Part shown: positions 47,569-56,059 of the stretch, piece by piece | Layout: each line of letters begins with the position of its first letter | Numbering within the stretch: the stretch's first letter is position 1 | DNA from: Nitrososphaerota archaeon | GTDB taxonomy: Archaea; Thermoproteota; Nitrososphaeria_A; Caldarchaeales; Calditenuaceae | Assembly (NCBI GenBank): GCA_033581555.1 | Contig: JAVQSZ010000002.1 | Location: forward strand, 64,001 to 128,000 | Direction of reading: 5' to 3' | Length of the DNA: 64,000 nt | Notes under the pieces: model-generated | Databases searched by the model: none | What the model was told of the DNA's origin: nothing | What the model saw: the letters and a program-made list of their open reading frames with translations, nothing else | Translations under genes and position numbers: made by a program

Positions 47569-47907
47569 TCAACCTCGGGCGCTGCCCAATAGCCTCGCGA
47601 GCTCCTGAGCCTCGAGGACGTTCCCTTGGACCCTGAGCTTGCCCGCGAAGAAGAGCTTGAACGGGTCGGCCTTTCCCGTGAAGACGTCGACGAGGTCCTG
47701 CGAGGACGCTATTATGGTCGCGACAGGGTTCGGCCCTTCTCCCGCTGCGGCCTCGAGCGATCCGGGCTTGACGTGGAGGTAGAACGGACCTCCGTCCGTG
47801 GGCTTGAACTGGAAGACCTTCTCCGCCTTAGCGAGGCTCGCCATCAGACTCGGGTTGGCAGAGACCCTGGAGACGAGGTCGCGGAGGGAGTCTAGAGGCG
47901 CGCTCAC
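47569..47907 (-). CDS. SCP2 sterol/lipid-binding domain protein
   Basis: GKADPFKLFFAGKLRVQGN. Confidence 0.85.
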   Translation of the reverse strand: MSAPLDSLRDLVSRVSANPSLMASLAKAEKVFQFKPTDGGPFYLHVKPGSLEAAAGEGPNPVATIIASSQDLVDVFTGKADPFKLFFAGKLRVQGNVLEAQELARLLGSARG

Positions 47908-48046
47908 GTTATAACACGTAGGTAGTGATTATTAAATCGTTCAGCCGAGCGACTACACGGAGCGGCCTTACCCGTTTGGGTCAGATCTCCCTCGATCGCA
48001 CAGTCACGATCGATGGACACCGGTGTGGCCGTCACGCATCCTGCGG

Positions 48047-49120
48047 TCACCTCGAGAACCCGATTCCGTCGCAGGTTATCCTCGCGCCCCGGTCGCCGAG
48101 GGACTCGACGTCGAACCTCGCGCCTATGACCCTCTCCGCGATGAAGACCGCTGTCTCCGTGTGGCCTGTCAGCTCGGTCACCCTGTAAGTCGACCTGCCG
48201 TCCGCGAGGGCGACCCAGATCACGAGCTGGTCCCCGAGGTGGCTGTCGACCGGCGCGCCTGTCCTCAGCTGCCTCGCGCACTCCTCGACCGCCCTGTCCG
48301 CGACCCTCTCCGCAGGAACCCCCCTCTCTCCCAACGAGTCGAACCCCATCGCGAGGCCGTTGTCGAGCTCGAGGACGACGATCACTCCCGTGCCGGGGTC
48401 GAGGGAGCACTTGGGGTGAGGGCTTTGGAGCGCCTCGGTCTCAACGGCGACCTCAGGTACTTTCAGCCTTTTCAGGCCCTCGGACGCCCTCCTCGCCATC
48501 CTCTCGACGATGTGCTCGGGGAGGTTGCAGCTGTACGCAAAGACCTTCGCCCTTACGACCCTCCCCGTCTCGACATCGATCGGCCGTAGCCTCCTCACGG
48601 GCTCGACCCTCGCCCTAACGATCCCACCTCCCCTAGGATAGAAGCCCCTCCTGACCAGCTCGATCTCGGCCCTCACGCCCATCCTCCTCAGCGCGGGCAT
48701 CAGGACCCAGTTCAGGTACTCTACGGGCGGTGCCATAGGGTTGTTCGTCCCTCCCCGGAGCTCGAGCTCGACGGGGCCGGTCGCGAACGCCGTTACCGGG
48801 AGGAGCGACTGGAGCATCAACGTGGTGCTACCGGCGGTTCCCGCGTCGACGACGAACCTCCCCGACCTGGGCGCGGAGGGATAGAACGCGACCTCCATCG
48901 ACCCGACCCTGAGGCCCTCGACCCTGCCCCCGGTCAGCTCCGCGACGCCCCTCACCGCCACCAGGTGCTGCGGCCTGAGCCCCGGCGGGTTCCTCTTCGC
49001 CCTGACGTTCACGACCCTGATCGGCCTCGAGAGCAGCGCCGCGGCCGAGACCGCCATCCTGAGGATCTGGCCGCCCCCCTCACCGACCGATCCGTCGATG
49101 ACGATGGGCTCCACGACCAC
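48047..49120 (-). CDS. rtcA: RNA 3'-terminal phosphate cyclase
   Basis: IDGSVGEGGGQILR, PGLRPQHL, TAGS, RGFYPRGGG, VDSHLGDQL. Confidence 0.95.
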   Translation of the reverse strand: MVVEPIVIDGSVGEGGGQILRMAVSAAALLSRPIRVVNVRAKRNPPGLRPQHLVAVRGVAELTGGRVEGLRVGSMEVAFYPSAPRSGRFVVDAGTAGSTTLMLQSLLPVTAFATGPVELELRGGTNNPMAPPVEYLNWVLMPALRRMGVRAEIELVRRGFYPRGGGIVRARVEPVRRLRPIDVETGRVVRAKVFAYSCNLPEHIVERMARRASEGLKRLKVPEVAVETEALQSPHPKCSLDPGTGVIVVLELDNGLAMGFDSLGERGVPAERVADRAVEECARQLRTGAPVDSHLGDQLVIWVALADGRSTYRVTELTGHTETAVFIAERVIGARFDVESLGDRGARITCDGIGFSR

Positions 49121-49121
49121 C

Positions 49122-50324
49122 TCACCTCCGAGCGGCGCTGACGATCGAGACGACGTCCCTCGGCCTCAGCCTGTAGTCCGCCGGGAGCCTCATCTTGCTC
49201 CTCGCGTCGATGGCGTAGAGGAAGTTCTCCCCCAGCTCTGTGTGGACCTTGTATGCCAAATCCCTGGGGGTCGAGCCCTCCTTCACCAAGTAGACGTCGG
49301 GGAGGACGCGACCGTTCGAGTCCGCGAAGGTGCTCGGGTCCTCGACCGGGAAGACCGGGATGTACCTCAGGACTTCGAGGTAGACCTTGTCGATCAGCCT
49401 CTGGACGCCGGTCCCACCGTTCCGCGCCATGAACTCCGCGACCCTCTCCAGCGCCCTTCGCTGCTCCGACGTGAGCCTCGCCTGCTCGGTGACCTCGAAG
49501 CTCGGGTCGCCGGGCAGGTACTTCACGACGCCCCTCCTCGCCGCGAGCCTCAGGAGCTTCTCGGCCTCGGCGCTGCAGGCGACGACGTCGTACCCGGCCT
49601 CGACCAGCCTACTGATCCCCTCCCTAGCCGTAGGGACGTCGGCCTTGTTGGCCGCTACGATCATCGGTTTCGTGAGCCTCCTGAGCGCCCTGACGTAACG
49701 CAGCACGTCCTCCCTGGTCCACTTGGAGGGCCTGGAACCGTCGAGGCCCGCGGACTCGAGCGCCTGCTCGGCGGCCTGCTCGGTAACCCTCAGCCCCGAC
49801 ATCTTCCTCGCGACCTCAGCGGCCATCGTCGACTGCTTCGTCTCCACGACCCTCACGACCCTGTTCCAGTCCCTCGCGAGGAGCTCGGCCATCCAGAGGT
49901 CCATTTCGTCCTCGACCATCCTCACGTCCTCGACGGGGTCGTGCGTCCCCGGCTGGACCGGGTTGCCGTCGTCGTCGGTCCCTCCAGAGGCGTCCGCGAC
50001 CACTATCAGCGCGTCGGCCTGCCTTATCTCGTCCAGGAACTGGAGGCCCATCCCCCTCCCCGCGTGGGCGCCCCTGACGATCCCGGGGCAGTCGATCACC
50101 GCGATCGGAACGAACCTGGTCCCGTCGACGCAAAGGGAGTTGTTCGGGTCGTCTTTCACGCCCAGCTCCCTGCAGACGCAGCTCACCCTTAGGTAGGTGA
50201 TGCCCCTGTTCGGCTTAGTGGTGGTGAAGGGGAAGTTCGCGGCCGGCACCTCGACCATCGTGAGCGCGGTGAAGAGCGTGCTCTTGCCGACGTTGGCCTT
50301 CCCGACGATGCCGGCCAGCTCCAA
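49122..50324 (-). CDS. ychF: Obg-family YchF-type translation-associated GTPase/ATPase
   Basis: GKANVGKST, NFPFTT, DCPG, ANKAD, C-terminal TGS domain (AYKVHT). Confidence 0.9.
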   Translation of the reverse strand: MELAGIVGKANVGKSTLFTALTMVEVPAANFPFTTTKPNRGITYLRVSCVCRELGVKDDPNNSLCVDGTRFVPIAVIDCPGIVRGAHAGRGMGLQFLDEIRQADALIVVADASGGTDDDGNPVQPGTHDPVEDVRMVEDEMDLWMAELLARDWNRVVRVVETKQSTMAAEVARKMSGLRVTEQAAEQALESAGLDGSRPSKWTREDVLRYVRALRRLTKPMIVAANKADVPTAREGISRLVEAGYDVVACSAEAEKLLRLAARRGVVKYLPGDPSFEVTEQARLTSEQRRALERVAEFMARNGGTGVQRLIDKVYLEVLRYIPVFPVEDPSTFADSNGRVLPDVYLVKEGSTPRDLAYKVHTELGENFLYAIDARSKMRLPADYRLRPRDVVSIVSAARR

Positions 50325-50393
50325 TCCGACTGACGTGGTCCTCGCCGCTATTAGGGGATCCCCTTTATCAATGGGGCGGGCAGAGGGTGCGCG

Positions 50394-50582
50394 TTGAGCC
50401 CGAAGGCCCTGGTGCTGCTGACGGCTGCGGTCGTCACCGTCCTCTCGCTGCTCGGGACCTTCCTCTACGGCGTCGTTGCGGGCCTCAGGGTAGCCCTCCG
50501 GTTCCTCCTGCCCCTGTTGGTGATCGCTGTGGCCCTGATGCTCCTGGTCGCGCTCCTCTCGAGGCCGAGGGAGGAGGACTAG
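50394..50582 (+). CDS. Small two-TM membrane protein
   Basis: Two hydrophobic helices; fills the gap and has an upstream TATA-like TTTATC. Confidence 0.55.
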   Translation: MSPKALVLLTAAVVTVLSLLGTFLYGVVAGLRVALRFLLPLLVIAVALMLLVALLSRPREED

Positions 50583-51868
50583 ACCGCGCAGGCGTCTGAC
50601 CCGCTAGATGCCTGCAGCCAGAGAGGCCTGACCAGGTGCCGCCTCGCCGAGACCGCGACCTCGTAGACCCCCTCCCTGACCTCCCTCTCGACCCTCACCC
50701 TGACCTTCGTCGCGTTAGGGTCGACCCTGCCGCAACCCTTGCACCTGTATCCCTTCCCGGAGCCCACGGACTTCATCGCCCTCCCGCAGTCCTGACACCT
50801 AGGAGCGCGCTCCGCGTACACATCCCTCAGCCTGATGACCTCGAGCTTCTCGAGGTTCAGCGTGAGGCCCTCCGGCTTCGGCTTGACGGCGCCGTAGACC
50901 GCGACCTCGTCCCCGACCTCGAGCCTCTCCACGACCCTCCTGAACTCACCAGTCGGCTCGTAGGCCGCGACCGTGATCTCGCCGGTCCCGTCAGAGACCT
51001 CCAGCAGGACGTGCCCTCCTGGGATGACCCTGGGCCTCCCCGCGACTAGGCCCCTCACGACGACTGACTCGAGGGGCCTGACCGACTGGACCTGCCGCTC
51101 GACGTAGTGGATGTCGGTTGCCTGGTTAGTCCTGTAGACCTCGAAGAACTCGATCGGCTCGTTGACCCTCAGCAGGGTGAGCGCGCCAGTGAGGACGTCA
51201 GCGCGAACCGACCTGATCCCGAGGAGGACCGGACACGGCGTGTGGGGCGTGACCCTGACTTCGCCCTTCTCGTAGTCGTAGTTGTCGAAGGTGACGCCGC
51301 GGTAGGCCCTGTCCATCTCCTTCACCGACTCGGGGTCGACCAGCCTCTCCTTCCCCCACATCTCCCTGGTCCGGTAGGCTAGAAGCTCGAACGTCGAGAG
51401 GGTCTCCTTCACCGCCCCCGCGGCCGCCGTCGCACCGATCAACCCCCTCATCTCGCCGTAGCCCCAGTGCGCGATCGCAAAAGTCCGGACGAGCTCCATC
51501 GCCTCCTCGAGCTCAACGATCTCCCTGACCGCCCTGAAGTAAAACCGCCGGAGCCCGGGCCTAGCGTCCTCCCCGAACGCCACGACCCCAGGGTCGGCCC
51601 CGCTCTCCAGGTCCGCGAGCTCCTCAACAGTCTCGATAACGGCCCTCCAGACGTCCCCGAACACGGAAGGGTCGACCTCGAGGGGCAGGCAGACGGCCGC
51701 GTTCCCCCTCGTCTTGTAGGGGCAGTTCGGGTTGAGCCTGACCAGCCAAGGGTGGTCCAGCCTCCTCGCCCCGAGGGACTCGGCCCTCCTCAGCGCCACC
51801 GCTCCGACGTAGGTCGTGCACATCGACCTCTTGGAGTCGGTGTCGTCGATCCCGACGTAGACCCTCAC
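50579..51868 (-). CDS. tiaS: tRNA(Ile2) agmatinylcytidine synthetase
   Basis: GIDDTDS..MCTTY, RLNPNCPYKTRGN, PHTPCPVLLGIR, TNQATD, Zn ribbon, RRHL. Confidence 0.95.
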   Translation of the reverse strand: MRVYVGIDDTDSKRSMCTTYVGAVALRRAESLGARRLDHPWLVRLNPNCPYKTRGNAAVCLPLEVDPSVFGDVWRAVIETVEELADLESGADPGVVAFGEDARPGLRRFYFRAVREIVELEEAMELVRTFAIAHWGYGEMRGLIGATAAAGAVKETLSTFELLAYRTREMWGKERLVDPESVKEMDRAYRGVTFDNYDYEKGEVRVTPHTPCPVLLGIRSVRADVLTGALTLLRVNEPIEFFEVYRTNQATDIHYVERQVQSVRPLESVVVRGLVAGRPRVIPGGHVLLEVSDGTGEITVAAYEPTGEFRRVVERLEVGDEVAVYGAVKPKPEGLTLNLEKLEVIRLRDVYAERAPRCQDCGRAMKSVGSGKGYRCKGCGRVDPNATKVRVRVEREVREGVYEVAVSARRHLVRPLWLQASSGSDACAV

Positions 51869-51983
51869 TCCCGAACCTGAGTCCGCCGGCCCGAATTTCA
51901 GCCTTCACAGGTCGACGGCTACCCGCTTTCGGCGAGGACCTGCACGGCTTAAAGCGAGCTTCCGGCCGTGAGGTCAGGAGCGG

Positions 51984-52673
51984 ATGAGCGTCCCGGAGAA
52001 GCAGGAGGTGCTGGTCGTGAACGGCTGCGCTCTGCCGAGGATGGCCCTCTACGACCTCGAGAACGAGAGCTGGTACCTCGAGGAGGACGACGTCATCAGG
52101 GTTGGGGTGCTCCCCACCACGCAGACGAAGTGGGGCAAAGTTACCTCCGTGAGGCCCAAGACCCCAGGGACCGTCGTTGAGGAGGGGAGGTCGCTGGCGT
52201 TCGTCGAGGCTAAGAAGTTCGTGGGACGCGTCAACGCGAGGTTCAAGGTCGAGGTCTTGGAGGCGAACCGAGAGCTCCTCGAGGTCCCGCACCTCTGCCA
52301 GTCCGATCCCTACGGACGTGGATGGATCGTCGAGGTTAGGCCGCTCGAGGCAGGGTACAGGGAGAGGCTCAGGACGTTCGACGAGGCAGCGGACGTCCTC
52401 CGCGAGGAGATCAGGAGCAGGGGGATCATGTGCTTCAGGGAGGTCCCGGACGTCGTGATGGCGGCCCTGGGGGTCGAGTGCAGCCAGGCGCTGCTAGTCC
52501 TGGCCGACGCGATAAGGCATGTCCCTCCGGGGCAGGTGATCCACTTGGTCGCTGAGGCCGACGAGAACGCTGAGCGGGAGGTCAGGGCCTGGGCGAGGGT
52601 CACCGGCAACGAGCTCCTCGAGTTCGCGCTGGAGGGCAGGCTGGCTCACGCGTTGATCAAGAGGCGTGGGTGA
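51984..52673 (+). CDS. GcvH/LbpA-like lipoyl-carrier domain fused to a TusA/SirA-like domain
   Basis: N-terminal VEAKKFVG...N...DPYGRGWI; C-terminal GVECS...PGQVIHLVA...VRAWARVTGNELL. Confidence 0.75.
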   Translation: MSVPEKQEVLVVNGCALPRMALYDLENESWYLEEDDVIRVGVLPTTQTKWGKVTSVRPKTPGTVVEEGRSLAFVEAKKFVGRVNARFKVEVLEANRELLEVPHLCQSDPYGRGWIVEVRPLEAGYRERLRTFDEAADVLREEIRSRGIMCFREVPDVVMAALGVECSQALLVLADAIRHVPPGQVIHLVAEADENAEREVRAWARVTGNELLEFALEGRLAHALIKRRG

Positions 52674-52699
52674 GTCCCTTTCATTAGGGACCGAACGCG

Positions 52700-53626
52700 G
52701 TGATCTCTCGGATGGGCGCGGCGGTCGAGTCGGAGGACCTCTGGAAGACCTACGACGGCCAGAACTGGGTCCTGAAGGGCGCGACCCTCACGGTCAACGA
52801 GGGCGAGGTCTTCGCGCTCCTCGGGAGGAACGGAGCCGGGAAGACGACCTTCATCAGGATAGCCTGCACGCTCCTCAAGCCCAGCAGGGGGACGGTCAGG
52901 GTGCTTGGGCGCGACGTCATCGCGGACGCTGGGTGGATCAGGAGGAGGATCGCGGTGGTGCCGCAGGAGGGGAGGCCGTCGAACCTCTCGACGCCATGGG
53001 CCCACGTCTACTACTACCTGATCGCTAGGGGGATGCCCAGGAGCGAGGCCGCGAGGAGGGCGAGTGAGTACCTCGAGGCGATGGAGCTTTGGGAGGTCAA
53101 GGACGTGATCTGCGGCAACCTCTCAGGAGGGATGAGGCAGAGGGTCTACGTCGCGATGGCGATGGCGACCGAGGCCGACGTCCTCTTCCTCGACGAGCCA
53201 ACGATCGGGCTGGACCCCATCTCGAAGACGACGATGTGGTCCCAGATCAGGAGGGCCTCCGAGGAGGGGAGAACCGTCATAGTCACCACCCACAACATGG
53301 AGGAGGCCGAGACGATCTCCGACAGGGTCTCGATCATCAACGCCGGGAGGATCGTCGTGACCGGGAGCGTCGAGGAGGTGATGAGTGCCGTCGAGTACGA
53401 TTACAGGGTCGACGTCGAGGGGATGGCTGACCCGCAGGAGCTCAACGCCTACGGTCCCGTCAGGCGGATCGGTGACCGGTTTAGGGTCCTAACGACCGCG
53501 TCCGGCGCGAGGGAGCTCGCGGAGGTCGCGGTCGAGAGGGGTTGGAGGGTGAACGTCTCCAAGACCTCGCTCGAGGACGCCTTCATCTTATTGGCGGGTG
53601 GTCACGTTGAGGATGAGGCTCGCTGA
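52700..53626 (+). CDS. ABC-2 type exporter ATP-binding protein
   Basis: [36 protein letters not shown]. Confidence 0.9.
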   Translation: MISRMGAAVESEDLWKTYDGQNWVLKGATLTVNEGEVFALLGRNGAGKTTFIRIACTLLKPSRGTVRVLGRDVIADAGWIRRRIAVVPQEGRPSNLSTPWAHVYYYLIARGMPRSEAARRASEYLEAMELWEVKDVICGNLSGGMRQRVYVAMAMATEADVLFLDEPTIGLDPISKTTMWSQIRRASEEGRTVIVTTHNMEEAETISDRVSIINAGRIVVTGSVEEVMSAVEYDYRVDVEGMADPQELNAYGPVRRIGDRFRVLTTASGARELAEVAVERGWRVNVSKTSLEDAFILLAGGHVEDEAR

Positions 53627-54374
53627 GGGCTTAGTCCACTTCGTGAAGTCGGTTTACGCCTCGACGATGCTCTTCGGGGTGATCCCGTTCAAGCAGAACC
53701 CACTCTGGTCGCTCTCGCCGATGCTGGCGCCGATGGCCTTCCTCCTCTTCCTCTCGGTCTACGGGATACGTGAGATCGTGCCTTACGCGCTGATAGGTGG
53801 GATGACCTCGATCGTCGTCGCGAACTCGATCACGATGGAGTCGGACGCGGCCTTCAACAGGCTGATCCTGAAGATAGAGTCGATGTTCGTCCTAACGAGA
53901 GGCGGCCTGATACCCTACGCGGTGGGGTTGGCGCTCGGGAACCTGATCAACGCGCTGCCGGGGATGCTGGTCTTCGGGGCGTTACTCTGGACCCTCGCAG
54001 GGGTGAACCAGCTCTGGAGCTGGGCGGTGTTCCTAGGAGCGCTGGCGGCGACGTGGGCGATCGTCTCCATGGTGGGCTACTACATCAGCACGTTCGCACG
54101 GGACATCAGGGACCTCTGGGTCTACTCGCCGATCTTCACCGGCGTCTTCTCCTACCTGCCACCGGTCTTCTACCCGCTCGAGAGGATCCCGTGGACTGAG
54201 CTGAAGTATTTCGCGTACGTCTCCCCGACCACCGCGCCCGCGAGGCTGATGCAGGCGGCCGCTGGCCTCGTGAGTATCACTTGGACCGAAGCCCTCCTCC
54301 TCTGGCTGTTGCTCCTGGTCCACGGCTCGATCGTCTTCGTTCTGCTCCACCGCAGGCTAAGGAGGCCCATCTGA
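53613..54374 (+). CDS. ABC-2 type exporter permease
   Basis: About six TM segments, PPVFYP; overlaps the ATPase gene. Confidence 0.8.
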   Translation: MRLAEGLVHFVKSVYASTMLFGVIPFKQNPLWSLSPMLAPMAFLLFLSVYGIREIVPYALIGGMTSIVVANSITMESDAAFNRLILKIESMFVLTRGGLIPYAVGLALGNLINALPGMLVFGALLWTLAGVNQLWSWAVFLGALAATWAIVSMVGYYISTFARDIRDLWVYSPIFTGVFSYLPPVFYPLERIPWTELKYFAYVSPTTAPARLMQAAAGLVSITWTEALLLWLLLLVHGSIVFVLLHRRLRRPI

Positions 54375-54419
54375 CAGGTCGGGGCTCACGGTGATAAGAG
54401 GGCTCCGCGGAGGGCCGGC

Positions 54420-54887
54420 GTGGAGTTCACCCTTAGGGCGGTCGGCGTCGTGAGGGTCGAGGCCTCGGAGGAGGAGGTGAGGGAGAGGTCCGGGGAGCTG
54501 CGGGGGACCGTAGAAGTCTTCCCGGAGTTCGAGGAGGCCCTCGAGGGGATCGAGGGGTACACGCACCTATTCCTGATCGCCTACCTGGACAGGGTCCAGC
54601 AGAGGCTGCTCAAGGTCAAGCCGAGGAGGCTCCTCAGGAAGGGCTTCAGGGAGGAGGACCTCCCGGAGCTCGGGGCCTTCGCGACCGACTCGCCGGTGAG
54701 ACCGAACCCGATCGCGCTGACCCTCGTCAAGCTGGTGAGGAGGGAGGGGAGGTTCCTCCACGTCGAGGGCCTCGACCTCTTCGACGGCACGCCGGTGCTC
54801 GACATCAAGCCCTACAGGTCCGACTACAGGGCTAGGGAGTTCAGGGTCCCCGAGTGGGTGAAGTTCAACTCGCGCCCCGAGATCTGA
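54420..54887 (+). CDS. trmO: TsaA/TrmO-family tRNA (m6t6A37) methyltransferase-like protein
   Basis: GAFATDSPVRPNPI, GLDLFDGTPVLDIKPY. Confidence 0.88.
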   Translation: MEFTLRAVGVVRVEASEEEVRERSGELRGTVEVFPEFEEALEGIEGYTHLFLIAYLDRVQQRLLKVKPRRLLRKGFREEDLPELGAFATDSPVRPNPIALTLVKLVRREGRFLHVEGLDLFDGTPVLDIKPYRSDYRAREFRVPEWVKFNSRPEI

Positions 54888-54891
54888 ACTG

Positions 54892-55503
54892 CTACTGCCC
54901 GGTCAGCGCCCTGACGACGATCGATCTCAGCTGCTCCTCGGCCCTCTTCAACCTATAGTCCAGCGTCGAGTCTATCACCATGCTGCCGTCCGGCCTCGAG
55001 GCCCTCACGCCCCCGATCACGGGTATCGGTCTAACAGAGACGTTCACCTTCACGCCCCTCTCCTTTGAGAGCTCCTTCGCGATCGACCTGACCGCCTCCA
55101 TGTCCTCCGCGCAGGTCTCAACGACGACCTCCTCGGTCCCGAGGTACTCTACGGCGTCGGAGAGGCTCCTCCTCAGGAACTCCCTGTACTCCTTCGAGCC
55201 CCTCATCGACTTAACCCGCTCCACCGCGTCCCTGATCGCCGCGTCGACCATCCTCTCCATCTCCTCAAGGTAGGCCCTCCTCGCCTCGAGCTCCAGCTGG
55301 CCGGTCCTCCGCATCCTCTCGGACTCCACCTCCCTGATGACCCGCTCCATCTCCGACCTCAGCTCCTCGAGGAGCCTCGCGCCCTCCCTCTCGAGCCTCT
55401 CAAGGACCCTCTTCCCGGCCTCGTCGAGCTTGGACTCGTAGACGATCAGGGCCTCCGAGACTACCTCCTCGATCAGGCGCTCTAGCGTAACGGGCGCCGA
55501 CAT
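54892..55503 (-). CDS. atpE: A/V-type ATP synthase subunit E (stand-alone copy)
   Basis: N-terminal coiled coil; C-terminal IGGVRA..DGSMVIDSTLDYRL. Confidence 0.8.
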   Translation of the reverse strand: MSAPVTLERLIEEVVSEALIVYESKLDEAGKRVLERLEREGARLLEELRSEMERVIREVESERMRRTGQLELEARRAYLEEMERMVDAAIRDAVERVKSMRGSKEYREFLRRSLSDAVEYLGTEEVVVETCAEDMEAVRSIAKELSKERGVKVNVSVRPIPVIGGVRASRPDGSMVIDSTLDYRLKRAEEQLRSIVVRALTGQ

Positions 55504-55613
55504 CGCGGACCCTCCTCTCGCCGTGGATATAACCTGATACCCGGCGTCGGAGCCCCTCTCGACCCATCTGGTCGGGGACCACGTTTAAGAGCCCGAGGGG
55601 ACGAATCGGGACG

Positions 55614-56057
55614 TTGAGGACGAGGCTGTTCCGGTGCACGGACTGCGACCTCGAGGTCAGGCTCCAGGCGTGGAAGGCCGTCTGCCCTAGGTGCGGCAAG
55701 CAGTACACGCTCGTGCCGGTGGAGGAGAGGCTCCCGAAGGCCTCGCCTGCGTTCGCGTACGCCTCCGCCGCGCTCCTCATCGCGTCTGGCCTCGCGGCCG
55801 CGTCGTCCTCGGTCCCCTATTGGGGCGTTGCGGTCGCGTCGGCACTCCTCGCCTCGGTCGCGGTGCTCACGAGGTCGCTCGGGGGCCACCTGATCGGGGC
55901 CTCGGTCGGCCTCGCTCTGGGGCTCCTGTTCGGGGTCTTGATCTCCACGAACCCGGTAGTCCTCGTCGCGGGCCTCGCCTCGTCGGCGCTCTCGGTCTAC
56001 GATGAGATCGCGGTCTCGGGCTCCAAGAGGAGGCTGTTGGAGCTCAGGAGCCACTGA
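55614..56057 (+). CDS. Zn-ribbon plus membrane protein
   Basis: CTDC...CPRCG followed by about four TM helices. Confidence 0.6.
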   Translation: MRTRLFRCTDCDLEVRLQAWKAVCPRCGKQYTLVPVEERLPKASPAFAYASAALLIASGLAAASSSVPYWGVAVASALLASVAVLTRSLGGHLIGASVGLALGLLFGVLISTNPVVLVAGLASSALSVYDEIAVSGSKRRLLELRSH

Positions 56058-56059
56058 AC

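Noticed and set aside
47940-48046. Possible C/D-box sRNA between SCP2 and rtcA
   Set aside because: A minus-strand CTGA is present, but there is no convincing box C at the expected distance.
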